Part shown: in pieces, positions 59,795-64,000 of the stretch | How positions within the stretch are numbered: the stretch's first letter is position 1 | Layout: every line of letters starts with the position of its first letter | Origin: Gemmatimonadales bacterium | Lineage (GTDB): Bacteria; Gemmatimonadota; Gemmatimonadetes; Gemmatimonadales; GWC2-71-9 | DNA length: 64,000 nucleotides | NCBI GenBank assembly: GCA_039794085.1 | Contig: JBDIWC010000014.1 | Location: 16,227-80,226 of the forward strand | Reading direction: 5' to 3' | Translations under genes and position numbers: made by a program | The notes under the pieces: generated by a model | Told to the model about the DNA's origin: nothing | Databases searched by the model: none | The model's input: the letters and a program-made list of their open reading frames with translations, nothing else

Positions 59795-60654
59795 GCCCTC
59801 TCGACACTCCGATCCTGCTGGGCGCCCACGTCTCGACCAGCGGCGGAGTGCCGACCGCTCCCGCCCGGGGTGATGCCATCGACGCCACCGCCATCCAGAT
59901 CTTCACCAAGACACCCAACCAGTGGCGCGACCCCGTCGTGGACGACGACACCGCCTCCGCGTTCCGGAGAGCACTCACGGCGAGCGGAGTCCGATTCGTG
60001 GTGGTGCACGACAGCTACCTGATCAACCTGGCCTCGCCCGATCCGACCGCACGAGCCCGAAGCATCCGATCCTTCATCGCCGAGTTGCAGCGCTCCGCCG
60101 CCCTCGGTATCCCCGCCATCGTGTCCCACCCGGGGAATTACATGCATGACCCCGCCGAGGGCATCGCCCGGAACGCGGCGGCCTACACCGAGTGCCTCGA
60201 GTCGGTCCCGGGTGACACCCGGGTGCTCCTCGAAACCACGGCCGGCACGGGAACCGCCCTCGGGAGCACCTTCGAGGAGCTCGCCGCCCTCCGGGAGGGG
60301 ATCGGGGCCGCGGTGCGTCACCGCATCGCCTTCTGCGCCGACACCTGCCATCTCTACAGCGCGGGCCACGATCTGGTGGGGGACTGGAATGGCGTCTGGA
60401 AACGGTGGGATGACGTCCTCGGCCTCGACGCTCTGGCCTGCCTCCACCTCAACGACTCCAGAACCCCGTTCGCCTCTCACAAGGATCGCCACGCCCTGAT
60501 TGGCGAGGGCTCGCTGGGGGAGGGGCCCTTCCGAACCCTCATGACCGACCCTCGGTTCGCGGGCATTCCCAAGGTCCTGGAAACCCCCAAGGGGGACGAT
60601 GAGACCACCAACGATCGCCGGATGATCGCCCTCCTCCGGTCCTGGCTCACCTGA
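59791..60654 (+). CDS. nfo: Endonuclease IV
   Basis: GAHVS, HDSYLINLAS, HPG, LETTAG, DTCH, HLNDS, DRHA, LETP. Confidence 0.95.
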   Translation: MSPLDTPILLGAHVSTSGGVPTAPARGDAIDATAIQIFTKTPNQWRDPVVDDDTASAFRRALTASGVRFVVVHDSYLINLASPDPTARARSIRSFIAELQRSAALGIPAIVSHPGNYMHDPAEGIARNAAAYTECLESVPGDTRVLLETTAGTGTALGSTFEELAALREGIGAAVRHRIAFCADTCHLYSAGHDLVGDWNGVWKRWDDVLGLDALACLHLNDSRTPFASHKDRHALIGEGSLGEGPFRTLMTDPRFAGIPKVLETPKGDDETTNDRRMIALLRSWLT

Positions 60655-60860
60655 GCCCTCCCCAGACACCGGCCTGATGACCAGTACCCGTACCCGCACG
60701 CGCGTGGTTCCGGGAGGGCTGCGGTCCACGGACCGCCCCTGCCAGTTGCCCTCCCACCGGAACGTGGCAATTTTTCATGATTCTGCACCTGCGCTGCCGC
60801 CAGGCGGTGCCCTCCGCGACCCTTCACTCGTACCGGGGCCCGAGCCCCGAGGGATGGCGC

Positions 60861-62447
60861 ATGCCGACGAAGGCCCTCTCCTCCGACCCGATTCTTCCCG
60901 GCCTCTCTCCGGTCGTGACCCATATCAACCTCCACCGGGCCGCCCTGGTGGAGCACGCCGTCCGGAACCAGGAAGTCACACTCACCGACGACGGCGCGCT
61001 GGCGGCCCTGACCACGCCGCACACCGGCCGGTCTCCCGGAGACAAGTTCATGGTGGACGAACCGGGGTCGAGGGACCGGATCTGGTGGGACCGCAACGCG
61101 CGGTTTTCCGAGGAGTCCTTCGACCTCCTCCTGGAGGATGTGAAGACCCACCTGGCCGCACAACCGGTGTATGTCCAGGATCTCTTCGGAGGCGCCGACC
61201 CGGCCTACCGGGTGCCGGTGCGTTTCGTCACCCCCCGGGCCTGGCAGGCCCTCTTTGTCCACAACATGTTCATCCGCCCCGATGCCGCAGAACTCGCGGA
61301 GTTCGACCCCGGGTACACCGTCCTGCACGCGCCGGAGTTTCAGGCCGACCCGGCCCGTCATGGCACTCGCTCGGGGACCTTCATCATCCTCCACCTCGGT
61401 CGCCGCATGGTTCTCATCGGGGGAACCCGATATGCGGGGGAGCTGAAAAAGTCCATCTTCACCGTGCTCAACTACCTCCTCCCGGTGCAGGACGTGCTCG
61501 CCATGCACTGCTCCGCCAACGTCGGACCCGAGGGAGACAGTGCGGTGTTCTTCGGGCTATCCGGCACCGGAAAGACCACCCTGTCCGCGGACCCGTCGCG
61601 CGGGCTCCTCGGGGACGACGAGCATGGATGGAGTGACCGCGGCATCTTCAATTTCGAGGGCGGCTGTTACGCCAAGGTCATCCGCCTCCGCCCCGACACG
61701 GAGCCGGAAATCCACGCCGCCACCCGTATGTTCGGGACCATCCTGGAAAACGTCGATCTCGATCCCGAGACCCGGGTCATCGATTACGACTCCGAGCGCA
61801 TTACCGAGAACACCCGGGCGAGCTACATGCTTCCCGCCATCCCCAATCATGTGCCGTCCGGCATGGCGGGCCACCCCCGGACCATCCTCTTCCTGACCGC
61901 GGATGCCTTCGGGGTCCTTCCCCCGATTGCCCGGTTGACCCCGGAACAGGCGATGTACCACTTCCTCTCCGGCTATACCGCCAAGGTCGCGGGCACCGAG
62001 CGAGGGGTCACCGAACCCACCGCCACGTTCTCGGCCTGCTTCGGGGCTCCCTTCCTTCCCCTGCATCCCGGAGTGTACGCCTCGATGCTGGGCCGCAAGA
62101 TCACCGAGCATGGCGCCCGGGTCTGGCTGGTCAACACCGGGTGGACCGGAGGCCCCTACGGCACCGGGGAGCGGATGAAGCTGCCCTGGACCCGCACCAT
62201 GGTGCGAGCCGCCCTGGACGGATCACTCGACGGGGCCGACTTCACCACCGATCCGGTCTTCGGGCTCTCGGTTCCCACCGCGATTGCGGGGGTCCCCCCC
62301 GCGGTGCTTTCCCCGCGCAGCACCTGGAGTGATGCGAGCGCCTTCGATGCCCAGGCGCGACGCCTGGCCTCGATGTTTCGCGACAATTTCCGCGCCTTCG
62401 CCGATCAGGTTCCCGAGGCGGTCGTCGCGGCGGGACCGCAGGGCTGA
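60861..62447 (+). CDS. pckA: PEP carboxykinase (ATP)
   Basis: [41 protein letters not shown]. Confidence 0.97.
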   Translation: MPTKALSSDPILPGLSPVVTHINLHRAALVEHAVRNQEVTLTDDGALAALTTPHTGRSPGDKFMVDEPGSRDRIWWDRNARFSEESFDLLLEDVKTHLAAQPVYVQDLFGGADPAYRVPVRFVTPRAWQALFVHNMFIRPDAAELAEFDPGYTVLHAPEFQADPARHGTRSGTFIILHLGRRMVLIGGTRYAGELKKSIFTVLNYLLPVQDVLAMHCSANVGPEGDSAVFFGLSGTGKTTLSADPSRGLLGDDEHGWSDRGIFNFEGGCYAKVIRLRPDTEPEIHAATRMFGTILENVDLDPETRVIDYDSERITENTRASYMLPAIPNHVPSGMAGHPRTILFLTADAFGVLPPIARLTPEQAMYHFLSGYTAKVAGTERGVTEPTATFSACFGAPFLPLHPGVYASMLGRKITEHGARVWLVNTGWTGGPYGTGERMKLPWTRTMVRAALDGSLDGADFTTDPVFGLSVPTAIAGVPPAVLSPRSTWSDASAFDAQARRLASMFRDNFRAFADQVPEAVVAAGPQG

Positions 62448-62461
62448 CCCCCGGCCTCCCG

Positions 62462-63724
62462 GTGGCATCCTTCGAGGTCATCCGGGATCCCCTCTGGGAC
62501 AACATCCGTCTCGACCAGGCGGCGCTGGCCGTGCTCGACACCCGGGCCTTCCAGCGCCTTCGGTACATCCGGCAACTCGGGCACGCGTTTCTCGTCTATC
62601 CCGGGGCCACCCATTCGCGCTTCGAGCACGCGCTCGGGGCCCATCACCTCACCAAGCGCGCCCTCGAGAGCCTGGCGGAACGCGGTGACCTCCGCCCGGA
62701 GGATGAGGGCGACGGGACGACGGTTCGGCTGGCGGCCCTCCTCCACGACATCGGGCACTATCCGTTTTCCCACAGCCTGGAGGAGGCGGGATTCGAGCAT
62801 CATGAATCCCTGGGGGAACGCCGCCTGCGGAATCCCGAGCTCGCCCAAATCCTCGCTGCGAAGGGGGGCGAAGGCTGCATCGCTCAGATCGGTGATCTGA
62901 TCCACGGGCGCTCGGCGAGTCCCCTGCAGGGGCTCATCTCCGGCTCGATCGACCTCGACAAGATCGACTATCTGAGCCGGGACGCGTGGATGTGTGGCGT
63001 TCCCTACGGAACAGTGGATGTGGACCGCCTCCTCGCGTCGCTGACTCTGGTCGATGCGGAGGACGGGCGCCGGGAGGTGGGCGTCCTGGAAAAGGGGATG
63101 AGTGCACTCGAATCCCTCCTCTTCGCCAAGTACCAGATGTACCGGAACGTGTACTGGCACCACGGGGTACGATCCGCCACCTGCATGTTCAAAAGGGCCG
63201 TCCGCCACGCCGTTCGGACGGGGGCCATGGACCAGGAGCGGCTGGCCGAGGCCACCGATGGTGCTCTCATGGAGCGGCTCCTGACGGGAGACCCCACCGG
63301 ACTGGCCACCGCCGTCCACGACCGGCGCCTTCACAAACGGGCCCTCGACATTCCCGCAGCGGAACTCCCCGGGGGTCAGGAATGGCCCGCCTCGGACCCC
63401 GATCTCCTGGAACAGGTCGAGGATCGGGTGGCCCGCGAGGTGGGGCTCGCCCCGGGAGAGCTGCTCATCGACTACCCCTCCCGGGACACCATGCTGGCCG
63501 CGGATCTCCCCGTCCGCCTGCGCGATGGAGAGGTGGTGCGCCTCACACCCGCGGGACGACGGGGACAGTTCGGGCTTCCCGCCGTCAGCGAGGCCCTCTA
63601 CGAGAGCGCGCGCCGGCTGCGGGTCTTCGTCTCCCGGCCTGTGAACCGGCCCGTGGACCTGGTGAGGGACCTGGTGCAGCAGCCGGCGGAGGAGATCCGG
63701 GAGTGGCTCGGGAGTGGGGAGTAG
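62462..63724 (+). CDS. HD-domain phosphohydrolase (SAMHD1-like dNTPase family)
   Basis: FQRLRYIRQLG, HSRFEH, LLHDIGH.PFSH, D.DKIDYL.RD, VYWH. Confidence 0.9.
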   Translation: MASFEVIRDPLWDNIRLDQAALAVLDTRAFQRLRYIRQLGHAFLVYPGATHSRFEHALGAHHLTKRALESLAERGDLRPEDEGDGTTVRLAALLHDIGHYPFSHSLEEAGFEHHESLGERRLRNPELAQILAAKGGEGCIAQIGDLIHGRSASPLQGLISGSIDLDKIDYLSRDAWMCGVPYGTVDVDRLLASLTLVDAEDGRREVGVLEKGMSALESLLFAKYQMYRNVYWHHGVRSATCMFKRAVRHAVRTGAMDQERLAEATDGALMERLLTGDPTGLATAVHDRRLHKRALDIPAAELPGGQEWPASDPDLLEQVEDRVAREVGLAPGELLIDYPSRDTMLAADLPVRLRDGEVVRLTPAGRRGQFGLPAVSEALYESARRLRVFVSRPVNRPVDLVRDLVQQPAEEIREWLGSGE

Positions 63725-63930
63725 GGAATAGGGAGTAGCCCCTTACGGACAAGATTGAACACAAAACGGCAACAATATTTGGGGCGCCCCCCGGACACCC
63801 GCTCCAGCCGTGCGTGTGACGGCGTCTGTGACGGCATCCCACTTGGGGCTCTTCAGGGTTTCGCGTGGGTGACAGACACGTCGATCGGGCGTTGTCCGCA
63901 CGGTGCGAGGGGACGCCCCGGATTCCGGGG
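63710..63930 (+). repeat. Dispersed non-coding repeat, copy 2, preceded by a GGGAGT(A/G) heptamer tract
   Basis: 63741-63780 matches the reverse complement of 24937-24976 at 38/40. Confidence 0.8.
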
Positions 63931-63970
63931 ACCCGCCCTGGGGATTCGGATGGTCAGGCGGGCGAGGGGA

Positions 63971-64000
63971 ATGGCCACAAAAAGCACAGAAGTCACAAGA
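63971..64000 (+). CDS. Possible start of an AT-richer gene cut by the window end (MATKSTEVTR...)
   Basis: ATG after GAGGGG; A-rich codons; only 10 codons visible. Confidence 0.3.
   Translation, partial: MATKSTEVTR

Overview
High-GC bacterial chromosome window, probably Gemmatimonadota-like (inferred from gene content and style only). It has three parts. (1) About 1-17.8 kb is an accessory heavy-metal island: DUF302, a membrane protein and DUF5916; an HMA/outer-membrane barrel/MerT-like operon; a MerR regulator; and a CusCBA-like RND system. Four MerR-type operators are visible. The island is littered with five toxin-antitoxin modules or remnants. It is interrupted at about 7.0-11.1 kb by an integron-derived block: two decayed intI copies, each followed on the same strand by a candidate attI and attC-bounded cassettes. 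(2) About 17.7-31.8 kb holds a PAS hybrid kinase, a GH3 glycosidase, an ABC permease, an orphan low-GC gene, and a selenocysteine formate dehydrogenase (in-frame TGA plus SECIS) with a split, permuted alpha subunit, a NuoEF fusion and fdhD. A Clp-N protein, tRNA-Ile and an acidic microprotein follow. (3) About 31.9-64 kb is core genome: typA, hisD, CorC-family, hisZ, hisG, pdxA, two PPIases, mfd, BatA, DUF58, CMD, EamA, lepA, waaF, ROK, PfkB, an HATPase+STAS/wHTH pair, a Cys/Met lyase, ftsEX-envC, nfo, pckA and an HD hydrolase. Other patterns are heptamer tandem repeats at gene ends, a diverged non-coding repeat in front of orphan genes, and apparently leaderless genes. All calls come from motif reading by eye; no database searches were run.
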